Assembly (NCBI RefSeq): GCF_009914755.1
Contig: NC_060936.1
Origin: the human T2T-CHM13v2.0 reference genome, Homo sapiens
Reading direction: 5' to 3' (one strand)
Length of the DNA stretch: 64,000 bases
Positions within the stretch are counted from its first letter, which is position 1; each line of letters opens with the position of its first letter. This document shows, one piece after another, positions 14,376 to 29,330 of the stretch. A program made the position numbers and the translations under genes. The notes below the pieces were generated by a model, which did not search any database, had not been told where the DNA came from, and saw only the letters and a list, made by a program, of their open reading frames with translations.

Positions 14376-16652
14376 CAGTCACGGGCTGCATAACGATATT
14401 TCAGCCAACAACAGACTGCATATAGGAAGGTGGTTCCATAGATTATAACAGAGCTGAGCAATTTCTGTGACCTAGTGGCATAGTAACTATCATAACATGG
14501 TAGCACAACGCATGACTCACATGTTTGTGGTGGTCCTTGTATAAGCAAACCTGAGTTGCCAGTGTATAAGAGTATAGCTTGGAGAGTTACATACGGTACA
14601 CAATACTTGATAATGATCATAAATGACTGTTACTGGTTTATGTGTTTACAATACTTTTATTATTATTTTAGAGTGTACTCTTTCTAGTTTTGTTTTGTTT
14701 TTGAGACAGAGTCTTGCTCTGTTGCCCAGGCTGGACTGCAGCAGCATAATCATAGCTCACTAAAGTGTTGAACTGGGCTCACGCCATCCTCTCACTTCAG
14801 TCCCCCAAGTAGCTGGACAACAGATGCACACTATCACACCCAACTAATTTTTTTTATCTTTACTTTTTGTAGAGACAGGTTCTTGCTCTGTTGTCTAAAC
14901 TGGTCTTGAATTCCTGGCTATATGTGATCCTTCTACCTTGTCCTCCCAAAGTACGGGGATTACAGGTGTGAGCCACCATGTCCGGCCTCTGCTTTCCAAA
15001 AACGAAGCTGACTGAAAAGCAGATTCAGCCAAGATCCTTCAGGAAATATCCCAGAAGGAAGCATTGTTATCATAAGACGCGGCAGCTTCATACGTGTTAC
15101 TGCCCCTGAAGACCTTCCAGTGGGACAACACGTGGAAGACAGTGATATTGATGATCCTGACTCTGTTTAGGCCTGAGCAAATGTGTGTGTTTGTGTCTTA
15201 ATTTTTAACAGAAAAGTTTAAAAACTAAAAAAAATTTTTTTTAAATAGAAAAAAGCTTATAAAGAAAAGCTGTACAGTTGTGTTTTAAACTAAGCGTTAT
15301 TACAAGAGTCAAAAAGTTTAAAAAATTAAAAGGTTTATAAAGTGAAAGAGATACAGAAACCTAAAGTTAATTTACTGAAGAAAGAACAATATTTTAACAA
15401 ATTTAGTGTAGCCTAAGTGTCCACTGTTTATAAAGTCCACAACAGTGTGCAGTAATGTCTAGGCTTTCACCTGCATGCAACACACACTCCCTGACTCACC
15501 CAGAGCAACTTCCAGTCCTGCAAGCTCCATTCATAGTAAGTGCCTGTGTGTGGAAAAACCACCTCCAATGTGTTTTTCTTCTGCTCTCACACCACAGCAA
15601 CCATCAACATGGAAGACTTCTATGACCACATACAGGGGAATTTCTCCCCACACACCAAGCAAGCAAGCAGTTCTGGAGGGGACACCAGCTAGGTGTCCTC
15701 CAGTTCAATTGTGACACCGCCTACCTGGAGATAGCATCAGATCCCACAGGTTGTAGGCTCAGTCTCCCAAGACTGTCCCCTCCTTCCCAAGATAGCAAGT
15801 CCAGGTCTCTAGAACATCTGACCCACCAGCTTCAAGTTGGGGTTCCTATGACCTCTTCTTTGTGTTTGATTAATTTGCTAGAGTGCTCACACAACTCAGG
15901 GAAACACTTACGTTTACTGGTTTATTACAAAGGGTATTTTACATGATACAAATAAACAGCCAGATGAAGAGATACATAGGGTGAGTCTGGAGGGGTCCCT
16001 AACCCAGGAGCTTCTGTGGAGTTGGGGTGTGCCACCCTCCTGGCATAGGGAAGAGTTTTGTCAGCCTCCATGTGTTCAGCTTTCCGGAAGCTCCCTGAGC
16101 CCTGTCCTCTTGAGCCTTCAATGGAGACATCATTGGGTAGACATGATTGACAACCATGTACAAATACAACCGGACCAGAAGGGATGATCTAACACTAGTT
16201 GTATGAGATGGGATAACCCACCAAGGCTTATCCAGATTCTTCTTGGCCTCTCTGTGCAGCATTCCCACCTCCTAAGGATGGGCAGGACCCTCTCTGGAAT
16301 GAGGATCTTATGATGTGCGGAGTCCTGCCTTGGGCAGGTGAAAGGAGGGCAGGAGAAAGTCAGAGACAGAGAGAGTCTGTTTTCTGAGCCTAAAGTGTCC
16401 CAGCACTATAACAAGACTATAATGAGGGCCATAGAAGTTAAGAGCCAGGAACCCTGGACAAAGACATGTAAATACTATAATGCTATAGTGCCCTTTAGTG
16501 CCCCTTAGAGGCATACCACTTTTATCTTTCAAACCATATGTTTACTGTACCTTTTCTTTGTTGAGACATTTGGAGACACAGATACCATCATGTTGAAGTT
16601 GCCCACAGTATTCAGTATAGTCATGTGCTGCACAGGTCTGTAGCTTAGGAAA
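14376..16652 (+). mobile_element. Tigger3-family DNA transposon, interrupted by AluJ (~14688-14988, minus) and a MER21 LTR; right end missing
   Basis: Left TIR-like cagtcacgggctgcataacgatatt...ggtggttccatagattataa; internal gactcacccagagcaacttccagtcctgcaagctccattcat; resumes after 16492. Confidence 0.75.
15545..16487. mobile_element. MER21-family solo LTR
   Basis: ctacctggagatagcatcagatcccacagg motif; 5-bp TSD GTGCC 15540-15544 / 16488-16492. Confidence 0.7.
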
Positions 16653-17150
16653 TGTAAACTAAAGAAAAATGACCAAGGTGAGTCCTGATCATTTTAGGTT
16701 TATTTGCTGAGGTTGAGGACATGCCCAGGAAAGAACGTAGATCCACAGGAAACATTGTGTTTCATGCTTTTTCCAAAGAGGGTCTTGGGATCCCAATATT
16801 TAAAGGGAAAAGGCCAGGTATTGAAAGAAGAAGATACATTTTTAAAAGGGTATGGGTAGATAAGAGGCAAGCAGTTGCATTCTTTTTGAGTCTTTGATTA
16901 GCCTTCACATGTAAGAGGGTAGGGGAACAGTCACTTAAACATTCATCTAGTTCAATGAATCTGCATTTTTACATAAGATAAACAGGCAGGGGGAGCAATC
17001 AGATACGCATTTGTCTCAGGTGAGAAGAGGGATGACTTATGTGTCTTGTTCCATGCCTGTGAAGATAAGCCATCAATTTACATGGTCAGGGTGAAATTCA
17101 ACGTAACTATCTTAGGGTAAATATCTTGGGGGCCCATAAAGAATTTCCTT
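16653..17150 (-). mobile_element. MER4-family LTR, truncated
   Basis: tgtaaac terminus, reverse poly(A) signal tttatt near that end; gcaatcagatacgcatttgtctcaggtgag, tgaagataagc, ggtgaaattcaac motifs. Confidence 0.65.
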
Positions 17151-17613
17151 AGTTTTTCTTTAATGTTATTGAATGACTGTTGGCATTCCACTGTCTAATA
17201 TAAAGGTTCCGACTCTGACATTTTAAATGCCTCAGATAAGTGCTTTACTAGGAGACCAAAATTAGGGATCAAAGGTGACAAAAGCCAACTATACCTAAGA
17301 CTCCTTTTAGTTATCTGATTTTTGAGAGCCTTGATAGTGGCTATTGCTTGTTACCTGTCAGGCATCAGACTCTGCCTACCTTATTGCAGGCAAACCCCTG
17401 AATAGACTACCTGCTCTTTGCATATTTGCAAAGAGATACTTTATGATCCAATTCCACCAGGCTGTTTAAAACTAGTATTGGCCGGGTGCGGTGGCTCACG
17501 CCTGTAATCCAGACACTTTGGGAGGCCACAGTTGAAGGATCGCTTAAGCACAAAAGTTCAAGGCCAGCCTGGACAACACTGTGAGACTCCATCTCTACAA
17601 CAAATACATTTTA

Positions 17614-17940
<327 letters not shown>

Positions 17941-20622
17941 CTAGCAGTTTTGGAAGTTTGCCCTAGTCTCCAGATCTTGCCATTCAAGTGCAAAAACAAC
18001 TGGGCTTTCTCCTCAATTAGTAGACACTGAACAAAAGCATCCTTTAATTCCTATGCTGAGAACTAGCCATAATCCCCTGGGGTAGCTGTAAGTGGGGTAT
18101 ATGGGTTAGCCACGATTGGGTGGGTATCTTGAACGATGTCATTAATAGCTCTCAAATTTGCACAAATTGATACTAATTGGAGTTTGGTTTCTTCACTGGC
18201 AAGATAGTGGTATTGTATTGAGACTGTCATGATTGAATAAGTCTGTGCTTTAGAAACCTGTGTAATCCCCCTGTATGACTTCTAATTCTTTACCTTTTAA
18301 GCAGTGTTGTTTTTATGTGGAATTAATGTCTTTTTAAATTCAACGTGCACAGGCTGAGCTTTGACTGCTAGTTCAGGTTCCCTGTCTTCCCAAACAGTGC
18401 TACTCCCTCTGTTGTAGACTTCCAGCAGGAATGGTTCTTGAGTTCTTTTCTCTGGCTGAATCACCAGTGCCTGTAGGCATAGGACATGTTTGGGTGATAC
18501 CTGGATTCTTAGATGTTGTTTCTCAGGAGCAAAAGTGACGTGGGCATTTAATTTACATAACAAATCTTGGCCCAACAATGGAATAGGGCAATGTGGCATA
18601 TACAGAAAGCTATACCTCAATCTTATATCCCTCAATTTACATTCTTAGGGCTTAAGAAAGAGTCTCTGTTGTAACTTCCCAGTGACTCCAGCCTTGGCTG
18701 GAAACATTGCGACAGTATCAACCAATAAGCCAGTCATTTTGTTCCCCACTGTCGCTTGTACCCAGGGCTCCTGTAGGGAAATTATTGTTGCTCTGTTAAA
18801 TCAGGCGGAGTCCCTGTGCCCCATCAGTCTTCATCAGAGTCACAATCCTGCTCCACCATCTCCTTCTTTGGCGTATATTTCCCTTTTCCTCTCCCTTGTC
18901 TTTTTTATTACCATCTTTTCTCTGTAGGTTTGGGGGGCATACTTCTCATGTCCAGATTTCCCCACTGTAGGCACACTGGTCCTTGTCTAGGGATTCCTTT
19001 CTATTTCACCCCTCATTCTTCCACCTTTTTGAATAGTCTCCACAAAAATGGTTGCCTGTCTAGCTTTTCTTGTTTCTCTAGCATTGAAGTCTTTGTAAGC
19101 AATATCTGTAAACTGGGAAGGGTTCATTCCAACAGTCCCTTCCTGCTTTTCTAATTTTCTGGTAATGTCAGAAGCACTTTGGCTGATGAAAGTTATATTT
19201 ATGACCCAAACATGTTCCAGAGCCTCTGGATCAATATCTGAATATTTTCTGTAAGCCTGATACACTTGTTCCAACCAAGCGGCTGGGTTTTCATTGGCCT
19301 CCTACCAGAGGTCATGGATGTTTTTTATTGAGGCTTTGCTGCTTAGGTACTCCCTTTCTTAGGAGTAATCCTACAGTCAAGATATAACCTCATTATTAAG
19401 GTTTCACTTGAGTTTCACTAAGGAAATTGCCTCTGGGGTGTTGGAGGACCCAGCAGGGTCTTGCTGGTATAGCCTTCTGGCTCCATCATTAGTCTTGTCT
19501 AAAAATAACCCCCTTTCATCATAAAATTTAATAATGCTTGTACACCTGCTATTGTGGAATGATGAGTAGAAAAAATACTGGTGAATATTTCAGTCATCTC
19601 CTATGGATCATCCCTATAGGATGGACTTGAATATTTTTCAATTTACTTAGTCAAAGATAGAAAATGGTGAATAACCAAAATAGCCCAGGAGTATGGCCCT
19701 GTGCGTTTAATCCTCCAGCGGGGAATTTGCATAACAAATTGTTCTGCCACATGAGGGTGTACGCTCTGGTCAAATTTAGTTGCCTTGTCAGGTCTTAAAA
19801 GGGGAGCCTATTTCTTGGCTACCTTTAAAATGAGGAGGGGCCACCACACCCTGTAAGTCTGTATTATCTGGATAATCCTCTGGTGGAGGGGGCAGAGATG
19901 GGGCAACTCAGGGTACTGTGCTGGTACTGCAGCTGGGGCCTCCATGGGAACTTGCACAGGCACCAGAGCAGGCTGCAATGGGACAGGCACCTGCAAAGCC
20001 TCAGCATCATTTGCCTGTGGAGGGTTTATAGTTGATAAGATTATCCTATCTCCTTCTCTTCCTCTTCAGGTAATGGAGAGTGAGGAGATTTTACCTGATA
20101 TGGTCCTGTTTGCACCGTCAGCCAGCAACCTTTCTGGGAAGCATGCTTATTATGTACCAACATAGAAGCTTGAATATAAGGTATGCAGTCCCAATTTCCT
20201 GATCTCAGATTGAAATGTTCAAGCTGTAAATTCAAAGAACCATGTAATGGCCACCTATCTTCCTCATGTATCACGTACATTGGCCACACCTTATTGCAGT
20301 AGATTATCTTTTTTGTCATAGGGTTATCACTGTAGGCTTACCAGTCAGCCAATATGAACTACAGCGGGCTCTGAGAGGGGATTGATGAAAAAAACTTCCC
20401 ATGGTGGACACAAACAAAACACAACCAAAACAAATGAAGCACTTTTCCAACCCAGGCTTTCACAAAGGAAGAGACTGGTATGGAGTCACTATGAGTCATT
20501 TCTTCTACCAGTGGTACCACAAATGGTCCAAAGGCCCAAATGGTAAAGAAAGTGGACTACTACTTTGCACCCCAGTAGACTTACCTGGTTGTACAGCTCA
20601 TCAGCTCATCCAAAAAGCTAGT

Positions 20623-20900
20623 TTCCCAGCACTTTGGGAGGCCAAGGCGGGCGGATCACGAGGTCAGGAGATGGAGACCATCCTGGCTAACAAGGTGAAA
20701 CCCCATCTCTACTAAAAATACAAAAATTAGCCGGGCATGGTGGCGGGCGCCTGTAGTCCCAGCTACTCCTAGGATGCTGAGGCAGGAGAATGGGATGAAC
20801 CCAGGAGGCAGAGCTTGCAGTGAGCCGAGATTGCATCACTGCACACCAGCCTGGGCGACAGAGCGAGACTCCATCTCAAAAAAAATAAAAATAAAAAAAA
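20623..20900 (+). mobile_element. AluY, 5'-truncated
   Basis: TSD AAAGCTAGTTTCC on both sides; AluY diagnostics. Confidence 0.9.
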
Positions 20901-21256
20901 TAAAGCTAGTTTCCTCTCACCAACTAAAAGCAAAAGTAGGCAGTCAGTACTGAATGGGGGAAAGGAGGAAGTTTCCCTGAAGTAGAAAGAGTTTTGGCAG
21001 CCTCTCTTTGGCAGACTTTGGGGCTGTCTCTGCAGTTCCCTTCTGCCATGAGTAGCCAGTGCCACGGAGCATTTGCCGCTAACCTCTGGTAATGTGAGTG
21101 AGTTAGCCCTGACCTGCTGCCGCCATCAATTGCTCCACCTCTTGGGAACCAAGAAGTCCTCCCAACAATATGGATGAGTTAGTCCTGGTATGAAGCTGTG
21201 ACCAATTGCTTTGTCTGTTGGGAGCTGACAGGGTGCAAACAGCCCAGAGCACACGG

Positions 21257-21275
21257 CTTCTGGCTGGGCTTGCCA
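21257..21275 (-). promoter_or_regulatory. Retroviral primer binding site, tRNA-Arg-like
   Basis: TGGCAAGCCCAGCCAGAAG a few nt after the LTR end; resembles the Arg PBS TGGCGAGCCAGCCAGGAG. Confidence 0.65.
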
Positions 21276-21280
21276 AAATT

Positions 21281-22458
<1,178 letters not shown>

Positions 22459-25400
22459 TTATCCAATGGTGCATACAATTTAGAAGCAGTGAAAAACATT
22501 CTGATTATGACCAACTTTAAAGATGTAATGTCAGTCCATTCCACATGTCAGGCCAATGTGGAAACAGGTTCTATGGTCTTTCCATATCTTTCAGTGTTCT
22601 CAGAACCAAGTTTCAATAGCCTTAATATTTCATTACTTTTGAGAAAAAAAAAAAAGTTGCCCTCTGACTTCATGCCAGAAAAACTGCTAAGGATTTTATA
22701 TTATCTCCTTAAATCCTCACAGCAATGTTGATAGATTAAGTCAATCCCTCAGGATTGGGTTTGCCTGTGATAGAAGACTCACACTCCCTTGCCCCCTTAT
22801 GAACAAAGTCTGAAGGTAAACTGTGCAAAATGATGAATACCTCTGCTAGCATAAGTGATCTAGGTTCTTTCTATCTTTTGGCTCTTCTGCCTTTTAATAT
22901 ATCACTTCCTGCTGATGGTTTAAGATCACTCTTTAGCCCCAGGCATCGTGTTTCATTCTAGTCACGAAGAAGACAGGCAGGATAGAAATGCATGTGCCCT
23001 TGCTCTTTAAGAATACTTCTTGAAAGTGCCATATGGGACTCTGCCTTCCACTGCTTGGTCAGAACTTAGCTACGTGGCCACACCTAGCTGCAAGGGAGGG
23101 TGGAAAACATATTCTCCATTCCAGGCAGCCAAATGCATGGTTTTTTAAAAAGGAAGAAGAGTATTGGAGGACAGTTCCACAGAGGTGTTATAAATACCAT
23201 TTTGTGGATGAGAAATCAGGTGCAACGATATTGAGCTCTGACCTTTGAAGGAGCATAAAGAACTAGTCAGGAATACCTGTGTTCTTTTCCAGTGAATTCA
23301 CAGCTGGAGTCACCCCAGCAGTGGCATCTGGGGAGTTCCCACAAGGGAGTACCGCAAGCCATCCCAAGATGGGACCAGTTGGAATCCCAAAGAAAGAAGC
23401 ACTAGATGCCAGGGTGATCAGTTCAAATTTATTACGAGAACTTAGGTAGAAACTGGGTTTCACCATTTCCTCCAGATAGGCAGTTAGGGAAAGAGGTGCT
23501 CTACCTAGCGAGGTCTGCAGCACGAGGATCAGGGAATGGAGTTGATGAGAGATTAAGGCATTTGGCTCAGGGCCTGGCCAGTTCCTCTCAGTGTTTGGGG
23601 CAACAACCTAAACACCTTTGTAGGTGTCTGGGAATGTTCGAAGCGAAACCTTGGGTTCCAGCCTGCAGGGCAAATTGTGTAGCTGATGGGGTCACAGGAC
23701 AGTTGAGGCACTCTCTGTTTCTTGGTTAGGACAGAAAAAGGGAAAACGGAGTACCCTTCAACTACTATGCGGTAGCGGGGAGAAAGTTTCAGAATGATTT
23801 TAAAAACTAAATTAGAATGAACTTCAGTTATTCCAACAATAGCATAACTTGTTCTATGGCAATCTGACGTGCTTTCTTACATGACGGGGGCTGTAGTCAG
23901 CAGCACTCCACTGTATGTATCCCACAGCCCACCTTCTTATGCTCTCATCTGTAATCCAAATATACCCACGGGAGTGTGGCAACCCTGTGAATTTCACCCA
24001 ACACGTGTGGAGATAGAAAAGGGAATTGAAAACCAAACCCGATGCTGCTCTGCCACCCTACTCTCTTCTTGTGTCAGTGAAACCTTTCCTGAAAACTCAA
24101 GGAGATGCTTCCAGAACTGTTCTGTCACTTGGGCTTACCCCTAGTATAGATACTGACAGCCAACAGTTTCCTAGGGAGATAAGAGACAAGAAGCCTAAGG
24201 TATCTTCCAAGATCAAATCTACCTCCTTAGTCCTAATCCAAAGTTGTCCATCCCATTAAACCAAAGGTGGGAGAATCTACTATGGAGTGGCCTCACTGAC
24301 ATCCAGACAGACAACTGGAATAAGCTTTAGCCCCCAGTTCTAAATATTCACAGTGACTCACAAGTGGTTCGTAGATAGACCCAACTTCTTCAGGTGGACT
24401 TTGGTGCTTGTGCCTCCGTTGACCTTGTTAACCAAAAAGTGACTGCGACATGTTTCAATCAATTACAGGTTTATTTAGCCAAAGCTGAGGACACGCTGGG
24501 TCCCTGCACTGCCTTCTTCTCTGTTGGTCTCCTGAAAGCCTCTGCTTAAGGAGGTCTCCGTGGCCATCTTTAGCATCTCAGAGTGAATTAAATCCCCCTT
24601 TCTAAGGGCATTTTCCCGTGAAGCTTTATTCTCTATGACATAAGGGGAGAGGGATTTTTAGAGAACCTGGGGTGGCGGGGGCTTTGGAGGAGAGGGGGGA
24701 TTCTCAGGGGATTTCCCTCTCCCCAGAGATACATCTCTCCATGAAACAAACAAACAGAAAGCACGCAGTACAGTGCACAGCACACAGTCAGTGCTCAGGA
24801 AGCGTTGGTTCCCTGTCTGCCTACTGCAGTTGGTACAAACAACACTCAGGGTGCCAAGCTTCAGTTTGGTGAAGAAAAGCATAGCCCACATTCCAGTTCT
24901 CGGGCCTCGTCTTGAAGGGTAAGGGCAGCTCAGGCCCTGGCATTGCTTGTCCTGAGGACAGGCCAGCACGTCCTGTGCCTGGTGGTCTCCAGAAATGCTG
25001 TTGCCTGCCTGCTGCCACTCTGCATCTCAAGCTTATCCCCCCCATGCCTTGCCAAAGCCCACTCCATCTCCCTCCCCTCCCAATCCACCTGGAGCTCCCA
25101 CCTGTCATCTTTCCTTCCCATCGTGGGGCAGGTGGCGATCTGCAGGCCTCCCTGAGAGAGAACTGCCCCTACCCTGCCTCAAAGCCAGGGGCACTGATCC
25201 AGCTCTCAGCTCCAAGAAGATGGACTGGGATCTTCCCTTAATGCCTTCTGGGGTCTGGGAATAAAGATGGAGAGAGGCACTGAGCTGAGCACAAACAGGA
25301 AAAGGAAGAGCTCATGGCTCAGAGCTGAAGAAGACAGGACCCAGTGAGCAGAGGACTGTGTCCCCATAGGGAAAGACATGTTCTGGTAAAAGGCAGGTCT

Positions 25401-26443
25401 GGAGTTCAGGAAGGATTCAGGCTCAGTAGGGACTCCGGCTCACTGCCCTCTGCTTGGGAGAGCAAACCCTCCTAGGTGAGGTTTCCTTTCTGTGCCTTTA
25501 CTGCAGGGAGCTGGTGTCAGAATCAAGGGCACCATCAAAATAGGATACCACAGACATCTCAGCTGTGCCAAACTAATGCCCAAAGGCTCAGCTGTTGCAG
25601 GTAGGGGTGGGAGGGCAGGCCCTCACAGGTGGGCCTCCTCACAGGCCCACCCTGCCCTTTATGGCACAGCCCAGGACCGTTAGGTCAAAGCTGACTTTTC
25701 CCAGTCTCAAAGCGCCGTCTTATCTGTTGCTTTATTTGTAACTCACAACAGGCCTCTGAGTCAGGCAGGGCATATGTCACTCCTATTTCATAGAAAGAGA
25801 AACTGAGGCATGGGGTGGGCTAAGTGACTTGGGCCAGAGGGTAAGTGAATTGGAGTCAGGACTCAGATCTCCTTGGATCCACACCAGACATCCTCCCACA
25901 TGGAACCCTCTCCCTAATCTTAACACTTCCATGGCGTCATGGCTTCATCAGCCATCACAAGAAAATGAGGCCACAGAAATTGCATGCATGTTCATGTGTG
26001 TGTGTGCCTGTGTGTGTGTACACAAGTTCATGTGTTTGTGCATGTGTGCATATGTGCATGCGTGATGCCTTACTTGCTGAGGGAAGAGGAGGAGGGTTGG
26101 CAGCTGCTGATGATTTTCTCTATCTTGAATGTTGTAAGTGCTTTTCCCAGGAGAGCCAGATAGCCATGGTGTGTCAGGAGAGGTCTCAGAATGAGACTTA
26201 TGAAGTGAAGATGAACAATGACACAGAGGCCTGCAGTGAGCCCAGTCTGCTTTCCACAGAGATGTGAGCTCTGCTGTCCTCTGCCCAGGATGGCCTGGGT
26301 GTGGAGATGGGTCTGGGGAGGCAGGGGCAGGTCCTCAAGATCCCTCCTCTGGGCATGATTTGTAGGAGGAGGGGAGATCACAGAGAAAAAACCTGCACAG
26401 CCTCTGTCATCTTCTTAGTGGAATGGGGGCCCCCATCTCTCTT

Positions 26444-26446
<3 letters not shown>

Positions 26447-26486
<40 letters not shown>
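26447..26486. repeat. (CA)n microsatellite
   Basis: ~20 CA units. Confidence 0.95.
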
Positions 26487-26487
<1 letters not shown>

Positions 26488-27149
26488 CCCTTTTTAGTTT
26501 GGCCTTTCCTGACTGGGAAAACATCTAAACATGGTTTCTTAAACTTTTTAGGCTGTAACCAACAGACATAAATATATTTTCTGGTGACACTTAGTGCACA
26601 AATACATATATTGACAAACAAGTGTTTTGTGACACTACTATAAAATAAAGCTGCCCAGAAGAGGGCACTGGTGGCAAATCTAGGCCTGAGATTATTTTGA
26701 CCTTGCTGGAATTTTTTGAATATTTTAGCTGCATATCTAGATGCATTAGAAGGTTGTGGCATCCATTTGGCTTTTAAATGCCAGCTACGAGAGAGGAGGT
26801 GGCCGCAGCACTGGCTAAAGGGCAGAAGGAAAAAGGGAAAATTCTCCTCCAAGGGAGCAGACCAATGTTGCTTAGACCCTAGCTCTGATCACCCTTCTCT
26901 CAAAACTCTGCATCCAAACCTCATCCTCAGGTTGATCTCTTCTACCCTTGACTGCTCTGTTCCCAGATGTACTGGGTTGAAAAAGTTCATGTCCACTCAG
27001 AACCCGGAATGCGACCTTGTTTGAAAATAGGGTCTTTGCAGATGTTACCAAGGTAAGGGGAGCTCAGTGGATAAAAGTGGGCCCTACTTAGTCCAGTGAT
27101 TGCTGGTTTTATTAAGAAGAGAACACACACACAGACACACACGCACCAA

Positions 27150-27180
<31 letters not shown>

Positions 27181-28619
27181 AGAATGTGCCCTGTGAAAAT
27201 GCAGGCAGAGCTTAGAGTGGCCTGGATCTGTATGTTGCTTCAGTTCTGGGAGCTCCCATGAGCCTGCAGAGAGATTGCAGGGTCTTCCTGAACAGTTCCT
27301 GAGGAGGAAAGAGAGACTCAGAGGATTGCCCCGATGTCGCCCTTCTCTCCTCCTAAACTCTGCTGGGCTCTCCCACTCCCCCAGGAAGACTTCCCTGCTA
27401 ACTTCTGCCCTGCAAGTTGACCCTGACATTTTCAAGTGCCACCTGCCCCTGTGAACTTGAATGGATTGCGCTGTTCTTTGCACAAGAGCAGAAACGTCTG
27501 CCTGGAGTGCGGCTTGTCCTAGTGGCTGGGACTTCCCTGACACACAGCTCCCCCTGTCTGCCATGGAGTGGTCTCACTGACATCTGGGCAAACAACTGGA
27601 AGAAGCTACAGCCCCAATTCTAAAGGTTCACAGTGACTGGCAGCTGGTGTTGAGACAGACCCGCCTTCTGCAGGTGAACTTTGGTGCTGGCCTCGGTTGT
27701 CCTTTTATAGACATTACCTATTGTGAGGGGCACGACTTTCACCCTCCTGCCCCACCAGTGTGGCAGTGCATTTTTTATTCTTTACATTTTTTATTCATAT
27801 TATTTCTTGTTCAATTGAAGATGTACTTCTTCCTGAGTGTGCCTGTGGCACAAGAGGCTTTCTGAAAGAAGCTGCTTAGGTGACTCAGCCTGGAAGCTGA
27901 GGCAGGTTGCAAGGGGGCATCTTCCTGAGCCCTCAGTATGTCATCCATGAGGGACTGGATGGGCTCCGGGGACTCATTCTTCACTCCTTCCAGAGCTGAA
28001 ACCAGAATGAGGCCAACTCAGACTCTGGACCCTAAGCACCGCCTCCCTAACCCCCTTCTTCCCACCCCATGCCAGGTCAGCATTGCACAGCTCTGCTTAG
28101 AATCATGTTTGCACTATAAAAGCAATACTTGTTTCACTGTAGGAAATACTTAATACACAATTTATTTTAAGGAAAAGAAGAAAAATCACTCATCCCAGAG
28201 ATAACACTGCTAATATTTGGTAGCTGTCCTTGCAGTCTTTTTTTAAAACAGCAACCAAAAAAACAAACAAACAAACAACAAAAAACAACCAAATGTTGAT
28301 AGATTTTTTTTTCACAAAATAGGACTAGTAATTTTTTTCATTCCATAATATATTCCTCTATACAGCATAACAGGCAATCACATGATTCTACCATAACTTT
28401 TTTTAAAAAAAAACAGGGCCTCAACCAGTCACCCAGGCTAAAGTATAATGGTGTGATCATATCTCACTGCAGCCTCAACCTTCTGGGCTCAGGTGATCCT
28501 CCTACCTCAGCCTCCTGAGTCATTGGGACTATAGGTGTGAGCCACCACATCTGACTAATTCTGTCATAATTGTTTTGGTAAATACCCTATTTCTGAATAA
28601 TTAGATTCTTTGCAATCTT

Positions 28620-29330
28620 TCACTGTTACAAAAAGTAATCATAAATTCATTCAGCAACTATATATTGAGGACTTACTATTACCAGGCACTGCTAGGGGCT
28701 GGGGATCCAGGGGAGGACAAGAAAAACAGATTACCACCCTTGAGAAGTTAGCATTCTGGTGGGGGAAAGACAAATCAGCAGTTAAATGCAAATTAAGTAA
28801 AAGGGAGGAAGTTGAGGGGAGTTCTGAGACCAAATGACTGGGGAGGAGCCCTTAGGCCCATCAGGGGATGCTTCTCTGAGAAGGTGATGCTCCAGCTCAG
28901 ACCCGAAGTTGAGAGCCAGCCTAGGAACACACAGGGCAAGGGCAGAAGACTTCCACATGGTGTGTGTGGGGGGTCTCTTTGTGTCATAGAAAGTACCAGT
29001 GTGACTGCAGTTCCCAGAGGGGCAGGAAGTGGTGTAGGCTAAGGGTGAGAGGCCTCAGAGGTCAGGACATTCTGAGTTGGGTGAGTGAGAATATGGGAGC
29101 AGACTGAGACCCTAAGAGCAGTAGGGAGCTGCTGAGGGGTTTAAAGCAAGGAGTGGCATGTTCCAGCATGCGTGTTCTAAAGAGAATCTGGCTGCTAAGA
29201 GCAGAATCGTATAGAGAAGAGGAAGAGGGTGTTGGGAGGCTGTTAAAGTGGTCCTGTTAGGGAATCATGAGGGTGTAGAGTAGGGTGGGAACAGAAGAAA
29301 TGGAGACAGGAAATTCCTTAGCATGAAAAG
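28620..29330. mobile_element. L2 fragment
   Basis: attcattcagcaa..tattgag..ttacta..ccaggcactg; cttctctgagaaggtga; ttaaagcaaggagtggcatg. Confidence 0.55.

Noticed and set aside
13973-14620. 215-aa minus-strand ORF
   Set aside because: Half lies in antisense Tigger3 sequence; no recognisable domain
24658-25264. Dense stack of six-frame ORFs
   Set aside because: GC/purine-skewed sequence poor in stops; no domain similarity or convincing exon structure
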